A stretch of 64,000 nucleotides of DNA, from the NCBI GenBank assembly GCA_947586825.1, contig CANPXU010000004.1, positions 4,939 through 68,938 on the forward strand. The letters are read 5' to 3'. This document shows, piece after piece, positions 56,301-64,000 of this stretch. The notes under the pieces were generated by a model. That model was not told where the DNA came from. It did not search any database and saw only the letters and a program-made list of their open reading frames with translations. Each line of letters starts with the position of its first letter. The first letter of the stretch is position 1. The DNA comes from an uncultured Bacilli bacterium (GTDB lineage: Bacteria; Bacillota_I; Bacilli_A; RF39; UBA660). The position numbers and the translations under genes were made by a program.

Positions 56301-56951
56301 TGATGTTACCTCAAAATTTGAAAGAACACTATTTAAATCAGTTATTTTTTTAGAACTTCCTATTACCATATCTATATTATCAATTTCAAACTTTGGTAAT
56401 ATAGCGTGTTTATTTAGTAAATTTTCCATTTCTTGCATTTCTGCATCATATTTTGTTGATTTTTGGATTTGTCCTAAGGTATCAGTAAAATAAATATCTA
56501 ATCCACTAGGTACTGTTTGCCAAATCATGACTTGCGTTATTGAATACCATTTTAAATCACTATGATCTACTTCACTATCAGTATAACCATATCCATAATA
56601 AGCAAGTAATTGAATTCTTCGCCACTGATCCTGTGTAATATTTGCAATAGTTGCTTGATTATTATCATATCCTGTATATGTTTCTTGGATATTTAATAGT
56701 TCAGTTGGTTCCATACAATACACAAACTGATTATCACTATTTCTTGTAATCATTGATAGTTGTTGATACTCTATATATCCATCTGAGTGCTTTTTATCAA
56801 CATAAGCTTCAGGTATAAACATATATTTATCGTTAAATGTTTCAGTATATGTATTCTCATCCGCCTTGGCAGTTGGCCCTATAGTAATCACTATTAGTAA
56901 TAATAACAAATATTTTAATTTTCTTTTCATCTTTCCCTCCTTTTTTATCAA
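53331..56951 (-). CDS. Surface adhesin: N-terminal thioester (TQxxIW) domain + SpaA/CnaB-type repeats + C-terminal sorting signal
   Basis: Signal peptide, the Cys motif FVYCMEP and the Gln motif SITQVMIWQT (thioester-domain signature). There are multiple GYxL...YxF prealbumin-like repeats. The C-terminus is KIPDTDKTEIKTLIIGGLLLILIGGFIIVSENQKRKK. Confidence 0.8.
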   Translation of the reverse strand: MIKKEGKMKRKLKYLLLLLIVITIGPTAKADENTYTETFNDKYMFIPEAYVDKKHSDGYIEYQQLSMITRNSDNQFVYCMEPTELLNIQETYTGYDNNQATIANITQDQWRRIQLLAYYGYGYTDSEVDHSDLKWYSITQVMIWQTVPSGLDIYFTDTLGQIQKSTKYDAEMQEMENLLNKHAILPKFEIDNIDMVIGSSKKITDLNSVLSNFEVTSSNNIVTINKNGNDLNITANNVGNTTLTFSKKDTRYTHPTIVYVKPGTQDIVQVGSYDPVQTSININIAGGKISLDKKDNDTRSSTAQGQATLEGAVYGIYSEDGNYIGEMTTDSKGHAQSDYLPKMGRFYLQEITPSKGYLLDTQKYYFTIDSNHVDVSVDVLEKVIKNDITILKQYDYVDGETKFLNAEQNITFEIYYPDGRLFNKITTDKNGYASIELPYGVWRFHQLNSTTGYQKINDFYITVDEDSPKEHYYNILNNKLSAYIQIKKVDYETGKTIALAGATFRIMNLDTGQYVSQYVGGKVYDKFVTDETGKSMTFLKLEAGHYKIVEIMSPKGYLINKDGVEFTIGDDSHYVYTTYGPVIEVTYKDYPIKGKIEIHKTGEKIVIDKGEYYYDSKNLSGVVFEIYAAEDILSSDANHLYYSKDDLVDTLTTNADGYAISKELPLGKYYLIEVKTGDEYVLDNEKHYFELTEIDSETKIVYESYTTLNYLKKGILEFTKEDLSTGETLPNTLIEIYTENDELIFSGRTDETGKIVISDLKLGRYYILEKEAPEGYILNEEKMYFEILEDGQVIKANMKDEKIKGDLEFTKEDLTTGKGISDTLIEIYNESDELVFSGKTNEEGKILVEDLEYGKYYIIEKEPSTGYKLNEEKVYFEIKENGEIVKANMTNEKIKGDLEFTKKDLSTGDSLPDTLIEIYKAENDELIFSGRTDNEGKIVIKDLEYGKYYILEKEAPEGYVLNGEKVYFEILEDGKVVKAEMTNEKITGTLEFTKEDLSTGEKLPNTLIEIYNENDELIFSGITNEEGKVIIEDLEYGKYYIIEKEPSTGYKLTDEKIYFEIKENGEIVKAGMTNKKIVGTLEFTKEDLSTGEALPNTLIEIYNENDELVFSGKTDEEGKIIIENLEYGKYYILEREAPEGYLLNEEKMYFEILEDGQVVKSTIKDEKIIKIPDTDKTEIKTLIIGGLLLILIGGFIIVSENQKRKK
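53450..54816 (-). repeat. Five tandem ~88-aa (about 265-bp) coding repeats in A-B-A-B-A order
   Basis: The units start KG(I/D)LEFTKEDLSTG... Type A carries EKEAPEGY..FEILEDG and type B carries EKEPSTGYKL..FEIKENGEIVKA. Coordinates are approximate to +/-5 nt. Confidence 0.8.
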
Positions 56952-56964
56952 ATAAAAAAACTAC

Positions 56965-57564
56965 CTAATCTGGTAGCTTTACAGTATGATAGTCTATCTT
57001 TTGGGCTGTATTTGGCTCATACAAAGTTAGCATATAATAGTTGTCTCCACAATCATCTGGGAAAAAATCACAATAATATCCGTACCCTATCGCTTTATAT
57101 TTATCTCCGATCTCAATACATTCTTCCATTGATGAAAAATCGGCTCGAACAAAGCTCATATCAAACTTTTTAGGTGTACAATTTTTAGTGTTTGTTTCTT
57201 CATTTTCTACAATTGAACTATTAATTGTTTCATTGGATTGTTGACTATCAGTATTTGTATCATTTGTTATAGTACTGCTTTCTTTATTATCGCTAATAAT
57301 CTCATCATCTGTTTTGTTAGATAAGTTCGTTTCATCTTCACTTATTTTTTGCTCATCATTAATCATTTCTGAATTCTCATCTTCATCATTTTCAATTATT
57401 TGGATAGAATCATCAATGCTTTCATTTAATGTAACATTATTGCTTACATCTGCTTGCTCATTTTCTTTTTGAGAATTATTAAGTTTTTTAACTTTTGTGA
57501 CGCAAGTTATAGTAACAACTGTTATCAACAATACAGCTGCTACTATTATAATTGATTTTTTCAC
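56965..57564 (-). CDS. Membrane-anchored acidic Asn/Ser/Thr-rich protein with Cys-containing C-terminal domain (hypothetical)
   Basis: TM segment IIIVAAVLLITVVTITCV, a low-complexity acidic linker, and a C-terminal CTPKKFDMSF...ECIEIGDKYKAIGYGYYCDFFPDDCGDNYY. Confidence 0.5.
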   Translation of the reverse strand: MKKSIIIVAAVLLITVVTITCVTKVKKLNNSQKENEQADVSNNVTLNESIDDSIQIIENDEDENSEMINDEQKISEDETNLSNKTDDEIISDNKESSTITNDTNTDSQQSNETINSSIVENEETNTKNCTPKKFDMSFVRADFSSMEECIEIGDKYKAIGYGYYCDFFPDDCGDNYYMLTLYEPNTAQKIDYHTVKLPD

Positions 57565-57655
57565 TAAATCACCCTTTCTAATTTTGCATTATAAATAATG
57601 CTTTTTAAATTACAAATTTACAATTTGATAATACTATTTAATTATTACATAATTA

Positions 57656-58618
57656 TCACCTACTTTCTCTACTTTTTTGTTTTAAATATTTTGTATAATA
57701 GCCACAGGCTTTCAACACATAATCTTCGATTTTATCTCTTTGAATATTCTTTGGAATCACTTTAAAAAGATCTGCTTCTTTAATTTGAATTTTAGCTATT
57801 TGATTAGGCTTTTCTTGCGACATCTTATTTATAATTGTCATACTATCAAGTGTCCCATTCTTGCTTAATTCTCTTAATTCAATTGCTTGTGCTAAACTAG
57901 GTGTAGCTAAATTTTCATTAATAAAATCTGCTAAAACTTTTTGTTCATTTTCCTTTAGATACGATAATTCTACTGCTGGATTAAAAGCTATAGATGGTGT
58001 TTCTTTTAATTCAGAATTATCTACCATATTCAAAAGCTCTTTTGTAAGATAAGTTAATCGTATATATCTTTGTATATTTCTTCCGCTTTCACCATATTCT
58101 TTTCCTAGTTTATCATCGCTTCTTAACTTCGTGACAACTTGTCGCAAAGTTGCGTCATGTTGTTGGGAAGTTCCTTGATGCTTTATTGCCTCATATTTCA
58201 TTTTATAAGCATAAGCTTTTTCTGATGGCAATAATTTTTCTCTTTGAAGATTACTATCAACCATGAAAATTGTTGCTTCATCATCAGATAAATCCTTAAT
58301 GATACATGGAATTTTATCCATTCCTAAACTCTCACAGGCATATTTTCTACGATGTCCTGATACCATTTCAAACCTTCCATTATCTTTTTTTCTGATTATT
58401 ACAGGCGATAATAGTCCACTAGTTTGAATACTTTCTTTTAATGCTTTCATATCTTCATTTTCAAGTACTTTAAATGGATGATCTTTAAAATTATCAATTA
58501 ATGAAATATTAATTTCTTCTATTTTTTCTTTTTTTTCATCCTCTCTCTGTTTTTGCGTGGTATAAAAGTCATCTAGATTGAATGATATTGGAATGTCTTG
58601 TGGCTTCTTCTCGCTCAT
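57656..58618 (-). CDS. parB: ParB/Spo0J-like partition protein
   Basis: ParB N-terminal domain GLLSPVIIRKKDNGRFEMVSGHRRKYA, downstream of parA. Confidence 0.85.
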   Translation of the reverse strand: MSEKKPQDIPISFNLDDFYTTQKQREDEKKEKIEEINISLIDNFKDHPFKVLENEDMKALKESIQTSGLLSPVIIRKKDNGRFEMVSGHRRKYACESLGMDKIPCIIKDLSDDEATIFMVDSNLQREKLLPSEKAYAYKMKYEAIKHQGTSQQHDATLRQVVTKLRSDDKLGKEYGESGRNIQRYIRLTYLTKELLNMVDNSELKETPSIAFNPAVELSYLKENEQKVLADFINENLATPSLAQAIELRELSKNGTLDSMTIINKMSQEKPNQIAKIQIKEADLFKVIPKNIQRDKIEDYVLKACGYYTKYLKQKSRESR

Positions 58619-59399
58619 AATTAATCACCTCTTTTGCAAAATTAATATATCCCTGAGATACTTTATTATTTTTATCATAAGAAATAATACTTTCGCCCAT
58701 TCTCGTAGATTCTGCTGCTCTTACTGCCCTCGGAATTTGTGTATCAAAAAGTTTGAATACCGTGCCAAAGGTTTCTTTTAATTCATTAGTTATACTTTTT
58801 GAAAGATTAGTTCTACCATCTACCATTGTTAAAAGTATTCCTCCAACTTTTAAATCAGGATTTATCACCTTTCTAACTTTAAGAATTGTACTCATTAAAT
58901 GACTCATTCCCTTTGCAGCAAGGAATTCTGATTGTACGGGAATAATAACTTTATCTGAACTTGCTAAAGCGTTTATTGTTAGCATTGCTAAGCTTGGCAT
59001 ACAATCTATTAAAATATAATCATAATCCTTTTTTAATTTTGAAATTGAATTTTTTAAAGTATATTCTCTACACATTGCATTAGCTAAGCTTACTTCTGTT
59101 GATGCAAGTTCAAGGTTTGAAGGTAATAAATCGACACCTTCATCATGCTTTAATATTGCTTCTTTTGGATCAAATTCCATTTCATTCATTGTCTTGTTCA
59201 TAATAGTTGATAGTGTGTTAGGAATATTGTCTGGATTATGCCATCCCATATAAGTTGTTAAATCTGCTTGCGGATCTGCATCAACTAACAGCACTCGCTT
59301 TCCTCGCTGAGCTAAAGCAACTCCTAAATTAAAAGTGGTAGTTGTTTTGCCAACGCCACCTTTTTGGTTAGCAATTGCAATAATTTCACATTTAGACAT
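58569..59399 (-). CDS. parA: ParA/Soj-family partition ATPase
   Basis: Deviant Walker A IAIANQKGGVGKTTTTFNLG, then VLLVDADPQ. Confidence 0.9.
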   Translation of the reverse strand: MSKCEIIAIANQKGGVGKTTTTFNLGVALAQRGKRVLLVDADPQADLTTYMGWHNPDNIPNTLSTIMNKTMNEMEFDPKEAILKHDEGVDLLPSNLELASTEVSLANAMCREYTLKNSISKLKKDYDYILIDCMPSLAMLTINALASSDKVIIPVQSEFLAAKGMSHLMSTILKVRKVINPDLKVGGILLTMVDGRTNLSKSITNELKETFGTVFKLFDTQIPRAVRAAESTRMGESIISYDKNNKVSQGYINFAKEVINYEREEATRHSNIIQSR

Positions 59400-59402
59400 A
59401 TT

Positions 59403-60164
59403 TCACCTCCCTTCGTTATCTAAAAAATTATAATCATCCCAAAGCGAACTACTTTTATTACGATTATTAAGTAATTCAAAGTTAGATTCGATAGATGCTT
59501 TAAGATAACCATATTTATTAGTAATCTCATTGCCATCCTCATCTATAAAGTGTCGTGATATTACTCTAGGCACTATATAATGAATTGCACTATATAACTG
59601 CTTATAATCATGTCCCTTACTCAAGTAATTTGCAAATAGATTGTCATAATAAAAAGAAAATGCATCATCTTCTGTTATGTAATTAAGATTAATTAATTCA
59701 TTTGTAAGAATATTGTGTTCAAATTTTGAGCTAACAGTTTTATCTATTTCATCTATTTGTTCATTAGTATTTATTTGTGGCGTATTATCCGTATTCGGTT
59801 CTACCGTATACGGATAATCCGTACTTGGTGAATTTCGTGAATTAACACGCATTTTAAACGGTTTCTCATAAATCAAATAATTATATTCAAACTTTCCGTT
59901 TTCGCCTCTAGCAGGCTCTATTTCAAGGTAATGATTGAGCTTTAATTCATTTAACGCTGATCGAATTGCATCTTTATTTTCTTTGCAGATTGTTACAAGT
60001 CCTTTCATGCTATAATCCCAATTTTCAGGTAGACTTAACATAAAAGATAATAATCCCTTTGCTTTTAATGATAAATTTCTATCTCTTAAATGATAATTGC
60101 TCATAATAGTAAAATCACTAGTTTTATTTATTTTAAATGTTGTTATAAAGATTCTCCTTTCCAT
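59403..60164 (-). CDS. Putative ICE replication initiator (winged-helix N-terminal domain)
   Basis: TIMSNYHLRDRNLSLKAKGLLSFMLSLPENWDYSMKGLVTICKENKDAIRSALNELK resembles the wHTH of RepA_N/DnaD-like mobile-element initiators as I remember them. It is the first gene inside the right end. Confidence 0.55.
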   Translation of the reverse strand: MERRIFITTFKINKTSDFTIMSNYHLRDRNLSLKAKGLLSFMLSLPENWDYSMKGLVTICKENKDAIRSALNELKLNHYLEIEPARGENGKFEYNYLIYEKPFKMRVNSRNSPSTDYPYTVEPNTDNTPQINTNEQIDEIDKTVSSKFEHNILTNELINLNYITEDDAFSFYYDNLFANYLSKGHDYKQLYSAIHYIVPRVISRHFIDEDGNEITNKYGYLKASIESNFELLNNRNKSSSLWDDYNFLDNEGR

Positions 60165-60211
60165 AAAAAAGAACTGATCTGTTGATCAGTTCATAATAGA
60201 TTTTTTATTTT

Positions 60212-60235
60212 CCACCTTGTTATCAAGTATCCTTG
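60212..60235. repeat. Right-end attachment-site arm
   Basis: CCACCTTGTTATCAAGTATCCTTG, the inverted partner of 30187-30210. Confidence 0.8.
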
Positions 60236-61210
60236 ATGACCTGGATCAATTACTATATCATACTCATATTTAAAGTCAGAAATGGTGATACTAACTTGTT
60301 TCTTTAAATCGTATTTGAAAGTAAGCATCTTATCACCTATTCGACCTCGACATAATCTAAATTGCTCTGGTATATAGGTAATAGCTCTTTTATCATCAAG
60401 AGTAATCGTATAAGTACCATTTTTCAAGTTAGTTATATCAATATAACCCTCGAAATTATTTCCACCCGTATTTTTTACTTTATAGTCGGTGCAAACTTTA
60501 TCTTTACATAAATATATCTTATTATCAAATTTATCATTTTTAACATAACCTTTTACATAGAATCCATCATCAGTATATTCCATATAAGTTATTTCGTTAT
60601 CTTTAAGAAGTGATTTATAATCAATATTGTTTTTATCCTTAACAACGTAGACATTTCTTGTTACGTGAGCAGTATTACCACTTTCATCCGCGACATAAAT
60701 ATCAACCGTGTATGCCCCTTCTCTTTTAGGATCAACATTTTCAATAATTTGAATTTTACCATTTATCTTTTCATCAATGTTATCAGTGGCTATTGCCCCT
60801 TCATCCTCATAGTAGTAATCATCATCAACAGCATCTATCTCAATGATATAAGGATTATCACCAATTAGTTCAAGCTCGGGAGCAATATTATCATTTACTC
60901 TAACATATCTTATTAACTCTTCTTCATAATCTTTATATTTTAAAGTATATTTAACTTCGAATTCACCATATTTACTAGTATCTACTTTACTTAAATCTGT
61001 TTCAACATAACTAGATAAATCCGTACCATGTAAATCGGCTACTACACCTGCATCTACATACTTTTCATTTAATTCTATATTTGTTATCTCATCGCCCTTT
61101 AACTCAAATGTTAGCTTAGGCTTATTAACAATCATAAGACCGATAACAAGTACAATTAACAATATTCCTACGATAAAGGTTAGCAAAGGAATAAATTTAT
61201 TTTTATCCAT
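60236..61210 (-). pseudogene. 5' half of the split Amidase_3 gene (TM anchor + Ig-like DUF5011-type region + start of catalytic domain)
   Basis: MDKNKFIPLLTFIVGILLIVLVIGLMIV...APELELIGDNPYIIEID...KYEYDIVIDPGH, after which the track ORF continues into ICE sequence (QGYLITRWKIKNLL*). Confidence 0.85.
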
Positions 61211-61212
61211 AA

Positions 61213-61854
61213 TTATCTTGGATACCTCGCATCAACATAGTAAATAGTTCTATTTTCTTTAGCATATTGTTTTTCAAAATTGGTCATTACATTTTTAATT
61301 GGCATTTCTTCATGATGTAAATCTAAGCTAACTTTATTAAAAACATAAAAGTATGCTGAAAGGCTTTCAAGTGAATAAGCAAAGAATCCTTTATTATCAG
61401 TTTTTAGTATAATATGTTTTCTATCACCTGCGAAGATTTTATCATATAGTCTTAAATAACTTTCATGCGTAAATCTTTTCTTCTCATCTTCCTCTTTAGG
61501 CCAAGGATCACAGAAAGTAAGATAAATAGTATCTATTTCTTTATCAAAGATATCTGCAATATTTCTAGCATCAGTATTAATTAATTTAATATTTTTAAGA
61601 TTCATACTTCTAAGTAGAGTTACTGCATTAACCATTTGTGATTCATTTATTTCAAGGCCGATAAAATTAATATCAGGATTTTGTTTAGCCATGTTAACAA
61701 TCATATCGCCACGGCCCATGCCAAGTTCAAGATAAATTGGATTGTTATTGCCAAATATCTCATGCCATCTGCCTTTATTTTTCATAGGACTTGTTTCAAC
61801 ATGAGGACTCCTTGATACAATTCTTTCGGCTCCATTTTCAACATTATACTTCAT
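61213..61854 (-). CDS. trmB: tRNA (guanine46-N7)-methyltransferase
   Basis: YLELGMGRGDMIVNMAKQNPDINFIGLEI...IYLTFCDPWPK matches the TrmB consensus. Confidence 0.85.
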   Translation of the reverse strand: MKYNVENGAERIVSRSPHVETSPMKNKGRWHEIFGNNNPIYLELGMGRGDMIVNMAKQNPDINFIGLEINESQMVNAVTLLRSMNLKNIKLINTDARNIADIFDKEIDTIYLTFCDPWPKEEDEKKRFTHESYLRLYDKIFAGDRKHIILKTDNKGFFAYSLESLSAYFYVFNKVSLDLHHEEMPIKNVMTNFEKQYAKENRTIYYVDARYPR

Positions 61855-61935
61855 CTTTACTACTCCTTACGTTAATTATATCACGCATAACATTAATTAG
61901 TAAATTAATGAAGTAGTAAATTGATTCTTAATATT

Positions 61936-63285
61936 TTATTTTATATTTTCTAGCATAAGGCCTTTATAATATTTCCAAGCAATAACATTTAAAGCTAAGT
62001 TATCTATTAAATCTTCGGATATTGTTTCATCTTCAACCGCGGTTTTAATATTTTGAAAAGATGTAGCATACTCCGTTGTTATAATCAAATTATTACCAGA
62101 GATTAAAGCTTTAACTTCGATATTTTCAACATCCTCTAAAGCTGTCATAGCAATATCATCAGTCATAATTATACCCGTGAATCCTAAATCTTTTCTAAGC
62201 AAATTATGAACCGCTACTGATAAAGAGGCTGGCGCAGTATCATCTAAACTATTTACAATATTATGGCTTACAAGCACACTTTCAGCTCCTGCATCTATAC
62301 CTGCCTTAAAAGGTAAGATATATTTATTTTGAATTTCTTCAAGTTCTATATTATCAACAGGTTCTGAAGTGTGAGGATCATTATCAGTAGCTTGAGTTGG
62401 AAAATGTTTTAAAGTATAAGATACTCCTAAATCTTTTGATGCTTCTATCACTGTTTTAGCATACTCGCTTGTTAGTTTTTCGTCATAGCCAAAAGCCCGA
62501 GAATTTATATAATCATTTTCATCTGTCGAAACATCTACAACAGGAGCTAAATTTAAATTAAGGCCTAATGATGATAAAAGCTTACTTTTTTCTTTAGTAT
62601 CTTCTTCTATTTTAGGAAAGCCTCCTTCATCATATAACTCTTTTGATGATTTAAATGGCTTATCTCTTAAGTTTTTATTGCTACTTACTCTTACTACTTC
62701 ACCACCTTCTTCATCAACGGCCATAAGCAAAGGAATCTTACTTTTCTCTTGTAAATCATCCATCATCTTTTTGACTTCCTCTTTAGTTTTACCTTCAAAA
62801 TCTTTACTATAGAAAATAAAACCACTTAAATTATAATTGTTAAAATCTTTTTCTTCATCGTATCTTACTAAAAGAAGTTGTCCTATCTTTTCCTCTAAAC
62901 TAAGTGAAGCTAGTTTAGTTTTAGCTAAAGAATAATACTGAGAAAAGATACCTTTTTCATCATAATCTAAAAGAACTTCATTTTTATCATCTTGTTTCTT
63001 TAAATCTGTTACTTCAATGGTTTGATATGTATTTAAATCATCTAGTAATCCTGTATATTTTATAACTAACATATCACCCATTTTAATATCATCTTCAGAA
63101 TATAATAGTTTATAAATATTATTATCTTCACTCATTACTGTGAGATATTTATCTGAGCTATTAAGGACTCTAGCATTTAAAGTTTTTTCTTCATCACTTT
63201 TGCTTCGAAGTAAAATAGTACCTACAATAACAATTACGATAAAACCCATGATAGCTAAATAAAATTCTATAGCATTTTTGCTCAT
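61936..63285 (-). CDS. Membrane-anchored glycoside hydrolase family 3 (NagZ-like beta-N-acetylhexosaminidase)
   Basis: IGQLLLVRY, AVDEEGGEVVRV, LKHFPTQATDNDPHT and GFTGIIMTDDIAM match GH3 N-terminal domain motifs. Confidence 0.75.
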   Translation of the reverse strand: MSKNAIEFYLAIMGFIVIVIVGTILLRSKSDEEKTLNARVLNSSDKYLTVMSEDNNIYKLLYSEDDIKMGDMLVIKYTGLLDDLNTYQTIEVTDLKKQDDKNEVLLDYDEKGIFSQYYSLAKTKLASLSLEEKIGQLLLVRYDEEKDFNNYNLSGFIFYSKDFEGKTKEEVKKMMDDLQEKSKIPLLMAVDEEGGEVVRVSSNKNLRDKPFKSSKELYDEGGFPKIEEDTKEKSKLLSSLGLNLNLAPVVDVSTDENDYINSRAFGYDEKLTSEYAKTVIEASKDLGVSYTLKHFPTQATDNDPHTSEPVDNIELEEIQNKYILPFKAGIDAGAESVLVSHNIVNSLDDTAPASLSVAVHNLLRKDLGFTGIIMTDDIAMTALEDVENIEVKALISGNNLIITTEYATSFQNIKTAVEDETISEDLIDNLALNVIAWKYYKGLMLENIK

Positions 63286-63324
63286 ATAATCACCATTAAA
63301 TTATATGAAAAAAGAAGTGGATTA

Positions 63325-64000
63325 TCACTTCTTATTATGAACATCAATTTGCGTATAAGGAATAGATATATTTTCTTTATCAAGTGTTAGTTTTATTCTT
63401 CTTAAAGTATTCCGCTTAGCTTCAAATCTTGACTCCAAAGGAACTATTAATCTTATCTTATACACTATTGCTGAATCAGCAAAACGATTAATACCTAAAT
63501 ATAAAACATCTTTTACATTTTCTTTTTCTTTAGTTTCTTTAATTATTTTATTAATGATTTTCTCTATTTTTAAAGTATCTTCTTCATAAGGTACTGGTAC
63601 CTCTATATCAACGATATCCGAAATGTGTAAAGCCTTAAGAATATTACGATTACCAATAACTAAAACATTGTCATTAGTAATATCCTTTATTTTGGTACAC
63701 TTTAAGTCAATTTCGAGAATATTACCTTGAATACCATCAACCTCGACAAAATCTCCTACTGAAAAATAATCATCTAAGATAATATTAAAGCCGGCGATAA
63801 TATCTTTAAAAGCATCTTGTAAAGCAAGACCTATAAGCGTAGCGATAATACCAAGTCCAGCTACCATTGAAGTAACATTTATTCCACATATTTGAAGGAT
63901 TATTAATGCTGTTAAAATTATGATGACATATTTAATAATACTCCTTAATAGTTTTAGATATGTCGCATGTTTTTTAGATTTTAATTTTCTATCTTTACTA
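63325..64000 (-). CDS. MscS-family mechanosensitive channel, C-terminal part (gene runs off window end)
   Basis: GLALQDAFKDIIAGFNIILDDYFSVGDFVEVDGIQGNILEIDLKCTKIKD matches the MscS core. My translation shows the frame stays open from 63867 to 64000. Confidence 0.8.
   Translation of the reverse strand, partial: SKDRKLKSKKHATYLKLLRSIIKYVIIILTALIILQICGINVTSMVAGLGIIATLIGLALQDAFKDIIAGFNIILDDYFSVGDFVEVDGIQGNILEIDLKCTKIKDITNDNVLVIGNRNILKALHISDIVDIEVPVPYEEDTLKIEKIINKIIKETKEKENVKDVLYLGINRFADSAIVYKIRLIVPLESRFEAKRNTLRRIKLTLDKENISIPYTQIDVHNKK

Larger units (their letters stand above)
30184..60238. mobile_element. Integrative conjugative element (~30.05 kb), large-serine-recombinase type, integrated in an Amidase_3 gene
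   Basis: Both junctions share the trinucleotide ATG (30184-30186 and 60236-60238). Inverted arms lie just inside both ends and the recombinase gene sits at the left end. It has a full MOB + T4SS + partition gene set, and the flanks rejoin in frame. Confidence 0.9.

Noticed and set aside
1-64000. A search by eye for rRNA, tRNA, CRISPR arrays, IS transposases and prophage structural genes.
   Set aside because: None found. The chromosomal intergenic regions are short (about 170 nt at most) and are accounted for by promoters and terminators. The only longer gaps, about 390 and 730 nt, lie in the ICE around the sigma-like gene and are discussed in the findings. The only recombinase is the ICE serine integrase.

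Overview
This window is a low-GC Bacillota (Firmicutes) chromosome read with the standard genetic code. All calls come from reading the sequence and ORF translations and from remembered family motifs; no database search was possible.

Positions 1-30183 are housekeeping genes:
- prepilin peptidase and a GspF/PilC-like platform protein
- a 1167-aa internally duplicated LRR protein
- trmK-sigA-dnaG
- a degenerate RnfC/RnfD-like pair
- uvrC, a YigZ-like gene, a glycine-rich surface protein cassette and trxA
- a cvpA-like gene, rnhC and holA-comEC-comEA
- a single-ring Clp-like ATPase, a YfcC-like transporter and lysS
- a sortase B locus

Positions 30184-60238 are a ~30.05-kb integrative conjugative element (ICE). 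A large serine recombinase inserted it precisely inside an Amidase_3 cell-wall hydrolase gene. The two gene halves lie at 29551-30186 and 60236-61210 and rejoin in frame as ...IDPGH|GGDDIGA...

Every intact ICE gene is on the minus strand:
- rep, parA and parB
- a thioester/SpaA-repeat adhesin with its own sortase
- ssb, mobC and a relaxase
- PcfB, the T4CP, Maff2, VirB6-like, VirB3-like and VirB4 proteins, and a cell-wall hydrolase
- a ~6.5-kb cargo block
- a sigma-like regulator behind a structured leader
- a MazF toxin-antitoxin pair and the recombinase

The cargo block is the most unusual part and I could not assign it a function. It encodes a membrane-anchored XRE regulator, two paralogous secreted proteins, a streptogrisin-like S1 protease, small exported proteins, a lipoprotein and a decayed tandem-HTH regulator. 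Duplicated promoter/operator modules drive it.

Positions 61213-64000 carry trmB, a GH3 hexosaminidase-like gene and a partial MscS channel. I saw no rRNA, tRNA, CRISPR array or transposase.
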